Below are positions 18,758-27,235 of a stretch of DNA of 64,000 nucleotides, one piece after another (within the stretch, counting starts at the first letter, position 1; the number at the start of each line of letters is the position of its first letter). The notes under the pieces are model-generated. The model was not told the origin of the DNA and made no database searches. It worked only from the letters and a program-made list of their open reading frames with translations. Origin of the DNA: Bacteroides sp. (GTDB lineage Bacteria; Bacteroidota; Bacteroidia; Bacteroidales; Muribaculaceae); assembly GCA_023663525.1 (NCBI GenBank), contig JAMPHF010000001.1, positions 682,317 to 746,316 of the forward strand, in the 5' to 3' direction. The translations under genes were made by a program, and so were the position numbers.

Positions 18758-18788
18758 ATTTTAATCGAGGCCCTGCCTCGATTAAAAT
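18758..18788 (-). other. Perfect 13-bp stem-loop that includes the argC stop codon
   Basis: attttaatcgagg (18758-18770) pairs with cctcgattaaaat (18776-18788) across the loop ccctg. The stop codon tta lies at 18782-18784 inside the stem. There is no U-tract on the transcribed strand. Confidence 0.6.
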
Positions 18789-19744
18789 GCTGATGGTTTG
18801 AGTTTGAGGCCGGTTTCTTCGGGGTAGCCGCAGATGAGGTTGAAGTTCTGGACTGCTTGACCGGAGGCTCCTTTGAGGAGGTTGTCGATGGCGGAGATGA
18901 CGAGCAGTTTCGAGCCGTGCTTCTCAAGCGAGATTATGGCTTTGTTGGTGTTGACTGCCTGCTTTAGGTCTACGGGACGGTCCGACACGTGGGTGAAGGC
19001 TGCATCGGCATAGAAATCTTTATAGAGCTTCGTTGCTTCCTCGATGGTCATGTCGGTGTCGATATATGTCATTGCGAAAATGCCTCTGGGGAAGTCGCCA
19101 CGGACGGGGATGAAGCTGATTTCCTCCTTGAATCCCGGCTGGAGCTGCGCGAGTGTCTGCCGTATTTCGGCGAGGTGCTGATGTCCGAATGCCTTGTAGA
19201 CCGAAAGATTGTCGTTGCGCCAACTGAAGTGGGTGGTCGCTCCGGGCTTCACTCCTGCACCTGTCGAGCCTGTGACGGCAGTGACGTGAATCTCGCTGTC
19301 AAGTTTCCCTGCCTTTGCGAGGGGGAGCAGTGCGAGCTGGATGGCTGTGGCGAAGCAACCGGGGTTGGCTATGCGGGTAGCGTTGCGGATTGCATCGCGC
19401 TTGGCTTCGGGCAGACCGTAGACATAGCCCTCGCTCTCGTCGCGGTAGTCCTGGGCGAGATCCACCACCTTGAGGTTGGCGGGCATTTCGTTCTCCTCCC
19501 AGAATTTTTGGCTGAAGCCATGACCCTGACAGAGAAAGAGCACGTCGATGGTGTTGAGGTCATACGTCTCGGCAAAGCGCAGCTCGGTGTCGCCGATCAG
19601 ACCCTCATGGATCTCGCTGACAGGCTTTCCGGCATTGCTCGACGAGTGGACGAACACTATTTCCGCCTCGGGATGATTGATGAGGAGGCGGAGGAGTTCG
19701 CCGGCAGTGTAGCCGGCTCCTCCAATGATTCCAATTTTAGCCAT
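18782..19744 (-). CDS. argC: N-acyl-gamma-glutamyl-phosphate reductase
   Basis: It has the NAD fold IGIIGGAGYTAGELLRLL and the active-site Cys context IANPGCFATAIQ. Confidence 0.93.
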   Translation of the reverse strand: MAKIGIIGGAGYTAGELLRLLINHPEAEIVFVHSSSNAGKPVSEIHEGLIGDTELRFAETYDLNTIDVLFLCQGHGFSQKFWEENEMPANLKVVDLAQDYRDESEGYVYGLPEAKRDAIRNATRIANPGCFATAIQLALLPLAKAGKLDSEIHVTAVTGSTGAGVKPGATTHFSWRNDNLSVYKAFGHQHLAEIRQTLAQLQPGFKEEISFIPVRGDFPRGIFAMTYIDTDMTIEEATKLYKDFYADAAFTHVSDRPVDLKQAVNTNKAIISLEKHGSKLLVISAIDNLLKGASGQAVQNFNLICGYPEETGLKLKPSAF

Positions 19745-19751
19745 AGGCGCG

Positions 19752-20969
19752 TCACTCTTTGCCGTTGCGCTTCTGCACGTTGTGGTAGATCTTCATCTGA
19801 TTGCCGAGGATCTTCGTGAAGCCCTTGACATCGTCTGCGCTCCATGCCTTGTTGACCTCGCCATATTCACCGAAGTCGGTCTTCATGAGGTCGAATGGTG
19901 AGTCAACGCCCACGAGGGTGTAGGAGTAGGGGCGGAGGGTGATTTCAACCGTGCCGGTGACGTTGGCCTGTGAGCTTTCGAGGAATGCCTCCATGTCGCG
20001 CATCACTGGTTCGAGATACTGCGACTCGTGGAGGAACATGCCATACCATGTCCCGATCTGGTCTTTCCAATACTGCTGCCATTTGGTGAGGGTGTGCTTT
20101 TCGAGCATCTTGTGGGCGGCGATGATGAGGATCGGACCTGCGGCCTCGAAACCTACACGGCCTTTGATTCCGATGATGGTGTCGCCGATGTGCATGTCGC
20201 GCCCGATTCCGTAGCGTGAGCCGAGACGCTCCACCTCGCGGATGGCATCGACTTTGTTGTCATAGTGCTTGCCGTTGACGCTGTCAATCTCACCCTTGAC
20301 AAAACCGATGGTGATGTTTTCCTCACCCTTCTCGGTCACTTGGCTCGGATACGCGCTCTCGGGGAGGGTCTGCTCGGAGTGGAGTGTCTCCTTTCCGCCG
20401 ATACTCGTGCCCCAGAGTCCTTTGTTGATTGAATATTCCATCTTCTTGAAGTCGGCCTCGTAGCCATGCTTCTTGAGATAGTCGATCTCATACTCGCGGG
20501 TGAGCGTGAGGTCGCGTGTCGGGGTGATGATTTCGATCTCAGGGGCAAGAATCTGGAATGTGAGGTCAAAACGCACCTGGTCGTTGCCTGCACCGGTCGA
20601 GCCGTGGGCCACCGCATCCGCGCCGATTTTCTTGGCATACTCGATGATGGCGATAGCCTGGAAGATGCGTTCCGATGACACGGAGATGGGATAGGTGCCG
20701 TTGCGCAGGACATTGCCTGCTACCATATATTTGATACTCTTGTCGTAGTAGTCGCCGGTGATGTCGATCGAGGCATGGGAAGCCGCGCCGAGTTTCATGG
20801 CCTTCTCCTCGATGACCTTAAGGTCTTCGGGGGTGAAGCCGCCTGTGTTGGCGATTGCGGTGTGGACTTCATAGCCGAGGTCTTCGGAGAGATATTTTAC
20901 AGCAAACGATGTGTCAAGTCCGCCACTGAATGCAAGGACTACTTTCTTTTTGTTATTGTTATTTTCCAT
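19752..20969 (-). CDS. argG: Argininosuccinate synthase
   Basis: The motifs are VVLAFSGGLDTSF and AHGSTGAGNDQVRFD. The track ORF (to 21230) has an 87-codon non-homologous extension overlapping the GNAT gene. ATG 20967-20969 gives MENNNNKKKVVLAF.... Confidence 0.93.
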   Translation of the reverse strand: MENNNNKKKVVLAFSGGLDTSFAVKYLSEDLGYEVHTAIANTGGFTPEDLKVIEEKAMKLGAASHASIDITGDYYDKSIKYMVAGNVLRNGTYPISVSSERIFQAIAIIEYAKKIGADAVAHGSTGAGNDQVRFDLTFQILAPEIEIITPTRDLTLTREYEIDYLKKHGYEADFKKMEYSINKGLWGTSIGGKETLHSEQTLPESAYPSQVTEKGEENITIGFVKGEIDSVNGKHYDNKVDAIREVERLGSRYGIGRDMHIGDTIIGIKGRVGFEAAGPILIIAAHKMLEKHTLTKWQQYWKDQIGTWYGMFLHESQYLEPVMRDMEAFLESSQANVTGTVEITLRPYSYTLVGVDSPFDLMKTDFGEYGEVNKAWSADDVKGFTKILGNQMKIYHNVQKRNGKE

Positions 20970-21112
20970 TTTTTTGACGTTTTGTTTTTTGATGAAAGGA
21001 TGGTTGATGAGTGCTATCCGGCATACGCGTTGCCGTGCGTCCCTACATAGGTCTAATGACCAATTGGTTGACGTCTGATTGACCGACGTGTGATCGACTG
21101 CCGGCTGATCCC

Positions 21113-21730
21113 CTACTTCAGATGCAGGAGTTTCTTTATGCGGTTGTTGAACCACATCATGTAGGGTGCGCCTTTGGATTGCCGTTCGAGCTTGGCCTTG
21201 GGGTCGTAGAGCATACCTGTGCAGAGACACATGCGTCGGTTGTTGCGCTGGAGGATGTCATAGTTCTTACATCCCTGGCAGCCGGCCCAAAATTCCTCGT
21301 CGTCGGTGAGCTCTGAGAATGTCACCGGCTTGTAGCCCATCTGTGAATTGAGCTTCATGACCGGAAGCGAAGTGGTGATACTGAACAATTTGGCAAAGGG
21401 GAAGCGCATACGTGCAAGCTCAAAGGTCTTGGCCTTGATTCGTGCCGCCAACCCCAATCGTCGGAATTCCGGGTCCACGATAAGGCCTGAAGTGGCCACA
21501 TAGTCACCATGTTCCCAGCTCTCAATGTAACTGAAGCCGATGAGACGGTCATCACAGAGAGCGACGACAGCCTTTCCCCCGCGGATTTTCGAAGCGATGT
21601 ATTCGGGGGTACGCTTGGCGATACCTGTCCCGCGCTGAAGGGCTGATTCATAGATGAGGGTGACGATTTGCTCGGCATACTTGGCATGCTCCTCCTCGGC
21701 AAATATCACCTTTATCTGATCATTGTTCAT
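21113..21730 (-). CDS. GNAT-family acyltransferase, first gene of the arg cluster
   Basis: It has the acyl-CoA binding segment PEFRRLGLAARIKAKT and a Cys-rich C-terminal tail (WAGCQGCKNYD...RRMCLCTG). Confidence 0.8.
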   Translation of the reverse strand: MNNDQIKVIFAEEEHAKYAEQIVTLIYESALQRGTGIAKRTPEYIASKIRGGKAVVALCDDRLIGFSYIESWEHGDYVATSGLIVDPEFRRLGLAARIKAKTFELARMRFPFAKLFSITTSLPVMKLNSQMGYKPVTFSELTDDEEFWAGCQGCKNYDILQRNNRRMCLCTGMLYDPKAKLERQSKGAPYMMWFNNRIKKLLHLK

Positions 21731-21771
21731 CTAACTGCTATAAATTTATAAATAAAATGATAAAATGTCTG

Positions 21772-21779
21772 CAAAATTA
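21772..21779 (-). promoter_or_regulatory. -7 promoter box TAatTTTG of the arg cluster
   Basis: The reverse complement of 'caaaatta' matches the consensus. It lies 42 nt upstream of the GNAT ATG at 21730. Confidence 0.45.
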
Positions 21780-21868
21780 CGAAATTAATGTCATATTTTT
21801 ATGGTTTATGCTATAAAATATGCAAAATGTCAGCAAAATTTAGACTATTTTCGGTCGTTGGTCAGGGA

Positions 21869-21918
21869 CCGGAGAGGGGTACATAAGGACAAGAGGGCCA
21901 AAAGTAACAGGAATTTTA
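21869..21918. repeat. Solo arm of the GGGACA/AACAG mosaic hairpin-element family
   Basis: ccggagaggggtacataaggacaagagggccaaaagtaacaggaatttta aligns at about 80% by eye with the left arm at 33803-33852. I found no complementary arm nearby. Confidence 0.6.
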
Positions 21919-21934
21919 GTTATTAGCTGCTTGT

Positions 21935-21985
21935 ATTCATAAATTTACTTGAATATCAGTGAATAATGATTGAATCTTGCTGAAA
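21935..21985. promoter_or_regulatory. Helically phased TGAAT/ATTCA repeats (candidate ArgR-type operator)
   Basis: ATTCA lies at 21935. TGAAT occurs at 21950, 21960 and 21971, and TGAAA at 21981, a 10-11 bp spacing. GTGAATAATGATTGAAT resembles the TGAATwwwwATTCA ARG-box core. Confidence 0.25.
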
Positions 21986-21989
21986 TGAA

Positions 21990-22020
21990 GCGGGGCTGCG
22001 TCAACCAAACGCAGCCCCGC
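21990..22020 (-). terminator. Intrinsic terminator downstream of the SusD-like gene
   Basis: A perfect 12-bp GC-rich stem pairs gcggggctgcgt with acgcagccccgc across the loop caaccaa. It lies 34 nt past the stop at 22054. Confidence 0.7.
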
Positions 22021-22053
22021 AGGAATTATTGGTATACTTGTGCAGACAGTAGC

Positions 22054-23730
22054 TTATTCTTCACCTTCGCTTGAGGATGAATTATTGACTTCATAGCCTT
22101 TTGTCCAGTTGTCGGGTTCAATGGCATAGTTTACGTATGCGTTGAAGTTGGTCTCTTTTTCGGGGATGACCACACACCAGTTGTTTTTGTCGTTCGGACC
22201 ATAGTTGCCACCCGAGCCACCATTGGCACCGTTGCCGCAGAACACGTCAGGCCATGTGCCGCCATCTTTCCATGCGAGACGGGTGATGGGGAGTTTCCAA
22301 CGTTTGAAGTCATACCAGTTGTGACCTTCACCCATGAGGTCGAAGCGACGATAGAGACGGATCTCATCGCGGAGGTCAGTGCCTGTAAGAGTGCAAGTGT
22401 ATTCAGGCTGATATGGCTTGACTGCCTCGATGAGACAGTTGCGTGCTTCGGTCTCCTGTCCGAGTGCATAGTAAGCCTCGGCAAGATTATAGCGCAGCTC
22501 GGCACCACGGTAGAGCACCATGCAACCGTCGGCAATACCTTCGGCACGGAGGAACTTCATCATGGCATAGGCATAGTATGTCATGGTGTTTTCGTGGTTG
22601 TAACGGTCATAATATCCGCCATCGGCTGCCGAGGCTTTATAACGGTCGAGGAGTTTACCTTTGGTGATATTGCCCGGCTTGGTGGTTGTGTTGATGGTGT
22701 TGTTGTCTCCTTCCTGCGGGATTCCGTAGAGCCAACGGCGGCTGTCAGTCTCAGGGATGAGGTCGATCAGCTGCTTGTTGATGATGTTGCCGTAGCCGCG
22801 TGTCACTGATGCAGTAGAGTTGGATGCGAGATAGGCAAAAGGACCGTAGTAGGAGAGGGTTTGCTGCATGTCATTGTAAGCCATCCAGATCCACTCATCG
22901 TTGGCGGTGTTGAAGCCATCGCGATATTGGCTGGAGGTCATCACGGGATACTTTTCCGCTATGGATGAAGCGTGGGTGATTACGGTGCTCCAATCCTCGC
23001 GCACGAGTGCTGCGCGGGCATAGACGGCATGAGCCACGTCAACGTTAGGCAACCAACGATCTTCGGCAGATGTCGGACGGTCTTCGTTAGTTTGTGCGAA
23101 AAGAGAGATGGCGTTGTCGAGGTCATCATAGATGAACTTGAAACTTTCGGCAAGTGTCGCACATTCCTGATCGTCAGGTTCATTGCCTGTGCGGAGGACT
23201 ACACCGCGACTCGCGCCATTGTTGGAGTCCTGCCAACGTTTGCAATATGTCTGGACGAGCCAAAGATATGCGTTGGCACGATAGACGAGTGCTTGTGCCT
23301 TGATGAATTCTCTTTCGCCCTCTTTTCCCTTTGCCGCGTCAATATTGTTGATGATGACGTTGGCGTTGGCAATCATTTTGTAGTTATAAAGCCATGCATA
23401 GAGAGAGGAGGTGGTAGAGGCTGTCTGTTGATAGTTGAAGTTAGCGTAGTTGTACCAGGTGGAGTTCCAACGGTTGTGGACCATGTCGTTACCTGGGAAT
23501 TCACCGTACCATACAATCATACCACCTTCGCCGGAGAAACCTTGGGTGCTGATGAATTGGTTTGACATGAGTCGACCAAGACCGTTGATGGCATAACGGG
23601 CATTGTCGGTTGTCGAGATGAGGATTGCCGGTGTCGGGCTGGTCTGGGGCGCAAGATCCATATAGTCGCCTGAGCAGGCGGTGGTTAAAGCAGCCGTGGC
23701 AATGAGTGTGCTATATAATTTTTTTTTCAT
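22054..23730 (-). CDS. SusD/RagB-family nutrient-binding outer-membrane lipoprotein
   Basis: It has a lipoprotein signal (MKKKLYSTLIATAALTTACSGD) and typical length and composition. It lies immediately downstream of a SusC-type gene, 17 nt away. Confidence 0.9.
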   Translation of the reverse strand: MKKKLYSTLIATAALTTACSGDYMDLAPQTSPTPAILISTTDNARYAINGLGRLMSNQFISTQGFSGEGGMIVWYGEFPGNDMVHNRWNSTWYNYANFNYQQTASTTSSLYAWLYNYKMIANANVIINNIDAAKGKEGEREFIKAQALVYRANAYLWLVQTYCKRWQDSNNGASRGVVLRTGNEPDDQECATLAESFKFIYDDLDNAISLFAQTNEDRPTSAEDRWLPNVDVAHAVYARAALVREDWSTVITHASSIAEKYPVMTSSQYRDGFNTANDEWIWMAYNDMQQTLSYYGPFAYLASNSTASVTRGYGNIINKQLIDLIPETDSRRWLYGIPQEGDNNTINTTTKPGNITKGKLLDRYKASAADGGYYDRYNHENTMTYYAYAMMKFLRAEGIADGCMVLYRGAELRYNLAEAYYALGQETEARNCLIEAVKPYQPEYTCTLTGTDLRDEIRLYRRFDLMGEGHNWYDFKRWKLPITRLAWKDGGTWPDVFCGNGANGGSGGNYGPNDKNNWCVVIPEKETNFNAYVNYAIEPDNWTKGYEVNNSSSSEGEE

Positions 23731-23747
23731 AATCAGCTGTGTTGGAA

Positions 23748-26700
23748 TTAGATGTTGACATTAAGACCGAAAGTGAACACTCTTGCAGGCACCATGTAAT
23801 TGTACTGGTAGCCGCTCATCGACATCATCGGGTTGATACCCTGACGCTTCGTGTGAGTATAGAGATTCTCGGCTGAGAAGGAGAGACGCACGAGGTCGAT
23901 ACCCCAGCTTGAGGTGAGACGGCGGGGAAGTGTGTAGGTGAGGTTGATATTTTTGATCTGCCAGTAGTCAGCGCTGACAAGCCAGCGGTCGGAAGCGGCG
24001 TTGTTGTGGGTTGAAGTCGCGGATGAGAATTCAGGAAGTACAGAGGTGCTGATACGGTCGGCTCCGGTGTAAGCGGTGTTGGCTGTTCCGTCGGCATTGA
24101 GGAGGAATGCCGGTACTTCCTTCCATGATTTGAGAGCATCAACGTGATGGTTACCGGGGTTTCCGTTTGCCACCAAGAGATTTCTGTAGGGGCTGTCGTA
24201 GATCTGACCTCCGAGACTATAGTAGATCATCATTGAGAAATTGAAGTCGCGGAAGCGGATGCTCGGAGTGAATGAACCGAATACTGAGGGCATTGCATGT
24301 CCCTTGAATGAACGTTCTGCCTGATCATAGTCGGTTGAATAGTATTTACCGTCGATATATACATATTTTGTAGTTGCGGTTGATGAGTAGACCGGTTTTC
24401 CGTTGTCATCAACGACGGGTTTTCCGTTCTCGACCTTTTGCGTTCCACCGATGATTTGGCCGTCGGACGAAACGATGTGATATTTGGCGAAGTCAAGGTC
24501 ATATAGTGCCTGGCCGGTCACGAGGTCAACTCCACGGTAGGTGCGGGTGTAGAACTCATAGCGGCTCTTACCTTCCTTGATGTACTGGGTTGTGTTGTCG
24601 ATACCGTCCTTGTTCTGCTCGGGAAGTTTGGTGACCTTATTGGAAAGGGTCGAGAGATTGGCGGCGAGGTTTATGCTCCAGTCTTTGTTTGTGAAGATGT
24701 CTACGTCTGTTGTGATTTCGATACCACGGTTCGCAACTGTTCCAAGGTTCATGGTGTTGACCGATGAAGTTGAGGAGTTTGAGGTAGTAGAGTTGATTGC
24801 GGTTGTACCTTGCGAGATCGGAGAGTATACGTTGAAGATGAGATCCTTGTTGCGCTTGTCGTAGTATTCAAGAGAGAGATTCCAGCGGTTGAACAGGCGA
24901 CCTTCAATGGCTATACCCCATGATTCGGCTGTTTCCCATTTGAGATTCGGTGCGGCATTGGTAGAGATGTAGTAAGCGGCTTGTCCGTTCTGGACGGTGT
25001 TGACATATTTTGCAAATGATGCATAGTATGAACCGGCACCTGAATCCTGACCAACCTGACCCCAGTCGGCACGGAGCTTACCGTTTGAAATCCAAGTGTA
25101 GTTCTTCATGAAATCTTCGTTTGTGAAGACCCAGTTGGCACCGACTGAACCGAAGTTACCCCAACGCACGTCTTTAGCGAAGCGAGATGATGCATCGCGA
25201 CGGAAAGAGGCTTCCAGGTTGTAGCGGTCATCGTAGTTGTACTGCACACGTGCGAGATATGACTCTGTACGGTAACGGGTACGGTTGCCGCTGATAGAAG
25301 TCATTTCTGAATAGTTGCTGAGAGCAGGGATGTTAGGAAATGATTCGGAAATTTTGGTAGCACTGGTGTAATCATACATATATGAATAGTTCTCGTGGCC
25401 GAGAAGAACTTCAAATGTGTTCTTTCCGAAATGACCGTTCCAACGGAGTTGCTGGAGGAATGTCCAGTTTTTGTAGTTATAGGTGTATTTGTCGAGCTGA
25501 CCGTGCTTGCCCACGTAATCACCGATTTTTGATGATCCCATCACCGTATTCTCCATATTGCGGGTCGAGAGGTTGCCTTTGAGTGAGAACACGAAGCCGT
25601 AGGGTAGATTGAAGTCGGCGTAGGCGATAGCGTTCATGGTGTTCTTGATGGTCTTGTCAGAGTTCATCTCGGACTCGTAGATCACGTTGCGGTCAAGCGT
25701 GCGGTTGTTGACTTGTATGTATTCGACTTTTTCGGTTTGACCGGTTGCCGGATTGTAAAGTTCATATCCGTCGAGGTGTCCGAGGTTGTAGATCTTTTGA
25801 CCGTTTTCATAGAGATATTCACCGGTCCACGGGTTGTGGGCGTGAACGGCGTAGATAGGAGCCATTGTACGACAGGTCAGGAAGGGGTTGTTCACCTTGT
25901 CGTTGCCATCACCGACACCGTTCATTGATGAGGATGTCTTGCTGTGTGTGGCAGCGATCGAGAAGCCTGTTTTGAGCCATTTCACGGGAGTGAGGTTGAC
26001 GGCGGTACGACCACTGATTCGGTCGAAGCTGGCATCGGTCATGTAGCCGTCCTCAGAGAGATAGCCGAGAGAGAAAAAATAGTCGCTCTTATCGGTTGCA
26101 CCTGAACCTGACAGGTAGTATTCGCCACGGTAACCAGTGCGCTCAGCCTGGTCAAACCAGTCGAGGTCGTCGGTGTAGCCGCTTTGAATTGAGTGGTTGA
26201 GGAAGTTGCCGTTTGCATCAAAGAGTTTGTCGTTATCTGCATTGAAGATGTTGATGAAAGCAAAACCATCGACAAAATTATTACGCACATACTCATTGGC
26301 TGCGGCCATGCCTGCAACATCAGTGCGTGAAATGCCTTGGGTGTTCACGTAGGTTGACAGCATGTCCTGATATGCAACGTTCATCCATTGGTTTACGTTT
26401 GTTGTCTTGTAGTCTTTCATGCCACGGTTGTAGAAACCTTGAGTGGTCTTGAAAGTGATCTGAGTGCGTTCGCTTTTGGCTTTCTTTGTGGTGATGAGGA
26501 TGACACCGTTGGCAGCGCGGTTACCATAGAGTGCAGCCGATGCAGCATCTTTGAGGACAGAGATTGACTGTACGTCGTCAGGATTGATGTCGGAGATAGA
26601 CCCGGGGTAGGGGATACCATCGACTACATAAAGAGGAGATGTGTCGCCGTTGACAGTGCTGATACCACGAATCTGGATTGATGATGATTCACCGGGAGCA

Positions 26701-27167
26701 CCGTAGTTGGCTGTGGTGGTGAGACCGGGAGTCGTACCTTCGAGGGCTGCCGTAACTGTTGTGATCGGGCGTTTTTCGATGGTTTCGCTTCCAATCTGAG
26801 TGATAGCACCGGTGATTGATGATTTCTTCTGAGCACCGTAGGCAACAATCACGACCTCGTCAAGGGCCTTGACATCTTCGTTCATTGTGATGTTGATTAC
26901 GGAGCGTTCGCCGATGGTCACTGATTTGGTGAGGTAGCCGATGTAGCTGAACTCAATGACAGAACCCGGAGCTGCATGCAGAGTGTACTTACCATCGACG
27001 TTGGTGGCAGTGCCCTGGTTGGTGCCTTTGATCATGACGGAGACACCGGCCATGGGGTCACCGGCATCATCGGTGACTGTACCGGTGATTTTACGGGTTT
27101 GTGCGGAGACGTTGAGCGTCAGAATCGCACATACCATAAGGAGCAGGAGGCGGCTGAAACATTTCAT
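23748..27167 (-). CDS. SusC/RagA-family TonB-dependent outer-membrane transporter
   Basis: MKCFSRLLLLMVCAILTLNVSAQ is a signal peptide. It has a carboxypeptidase-regulatory-like domain (ITGTVTDDAGDPMAGVSVMIKGT) and a plug region (VVIVAYGAQKKSSITGA) and is more than 1100 aa long. ATG 27167 is preferred to the track start at 27209. Confidence 0.92.
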   Translation of the reverse strand: MKCFSRLLLLMVCAILTLNVSAQTRKITGTVTDDAGDPMAGVSVMIKGTNQGTATNVDGKYTLHAAPGSVIEFSYIGYLTKSVTIGERSVINITMNEDVKALDEVVIVAYGAQKKSSITGAITQIGSETIEKRPITTVTAALEGTTPGLTTTANYGAPGESSSIQIRGISTVNGDTSPLYVVDGIPYPGSISDINPDDVQSISVLKDAASAALYGNRAANGVILITTKKAKSERTQITFKTTQGFYNRGMKDYKTTNVNQWMNVAYQDMLSTYVNTQGISRTDVAGMAAANEYVRNNFVDGFAFINIFNADNDKLFDANGNFLNHSIQSGYTDDLDWFDQAERTGYRGEYYLSGSGATDKSDYFFSLGYLSEDGYMTDASFDRISGRTAVNLTPVKWLKTGFSIAATHSKTSSSMNGVGDGNDKVNNPFLTCRTMAPIYAVHAHNPWTGEYLYENGQKIYNLGHLDGYELYNPATGQTEKVEYIQVNNRTLDRNVIYESEMNSDKTIKNTMNAIAYADFNLPYGFVFSLKGNLSTRNMENTVMGSSKIGDYVGKHGQLDKYTYNYKNWTFLQQLRWNGHFGKNTFEVLLGHENYSYMYDYTSATKISESFPNIPALSNYSEMTSISGNRTRYRTESYLARVQYNYDDRYNLEASFRRDASSRFAKDVRWGNFGSVGANWVFTNEDFMKNYTWISNGKLRADWGQVGQDSGAGSYYASFAKYVNTVQNGQAAYYISTNAAPNLKWETAESWGIAIEGRLFNRWNLSLEYYDKRNKDLIFNVYSPISQGTTAINSTTSNSSTSSVNTMNLGTVANRGIEITTDVDIFTNKDWSINLAANLSTLSNKVTKLPEQNKDGIDNTTQYIKEGKSRYEFYTRTYRGVDLVTGQALYDLDFAKYHIVSSDGQIIGGTQKVENGKPVVDDNGKPVYSSTATTKYVYIDGKYYSTDYDQAERSFKGHAMPSVFGSFTPSIRFRDFNFSMMIYYSLGGQIYDSPYRNLLVANGNPGNHHVDALKSWKEVPAFLLNADGTANTAYTGADRISTSVLPEFSSATSTHNNAASDRWLVSADYWQIKNINLTYTLPRRLTSSWGIDLVRLSFSAENLYTHTKRQGINPMMSMSGYQYNYMVPARVFTFGLNVNI

Positions 27168-27235
27168 CCCCCCCGATTTGTTAATGGTTGTTAATTGATT
27201 AAGACCCATAATGTGAAAATAGTTGAGTGTATGAT

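Noticed and set aside
20970-21230. N-terminal extensions of track ORFs: argG to 21230, TPR to 3905, dxr from 3859, argF' to 17418, SusC to 27209, gpmI from 42178, porin from 48703, ribBA to 53547, and the membrane protein from 37730.
   Set aside because: The extensions start at non-ATG codons, overlap neighbouring genes or promoter boxes, and precede the point where homology or a signal peptide begins. Internal ATG starts fit better.
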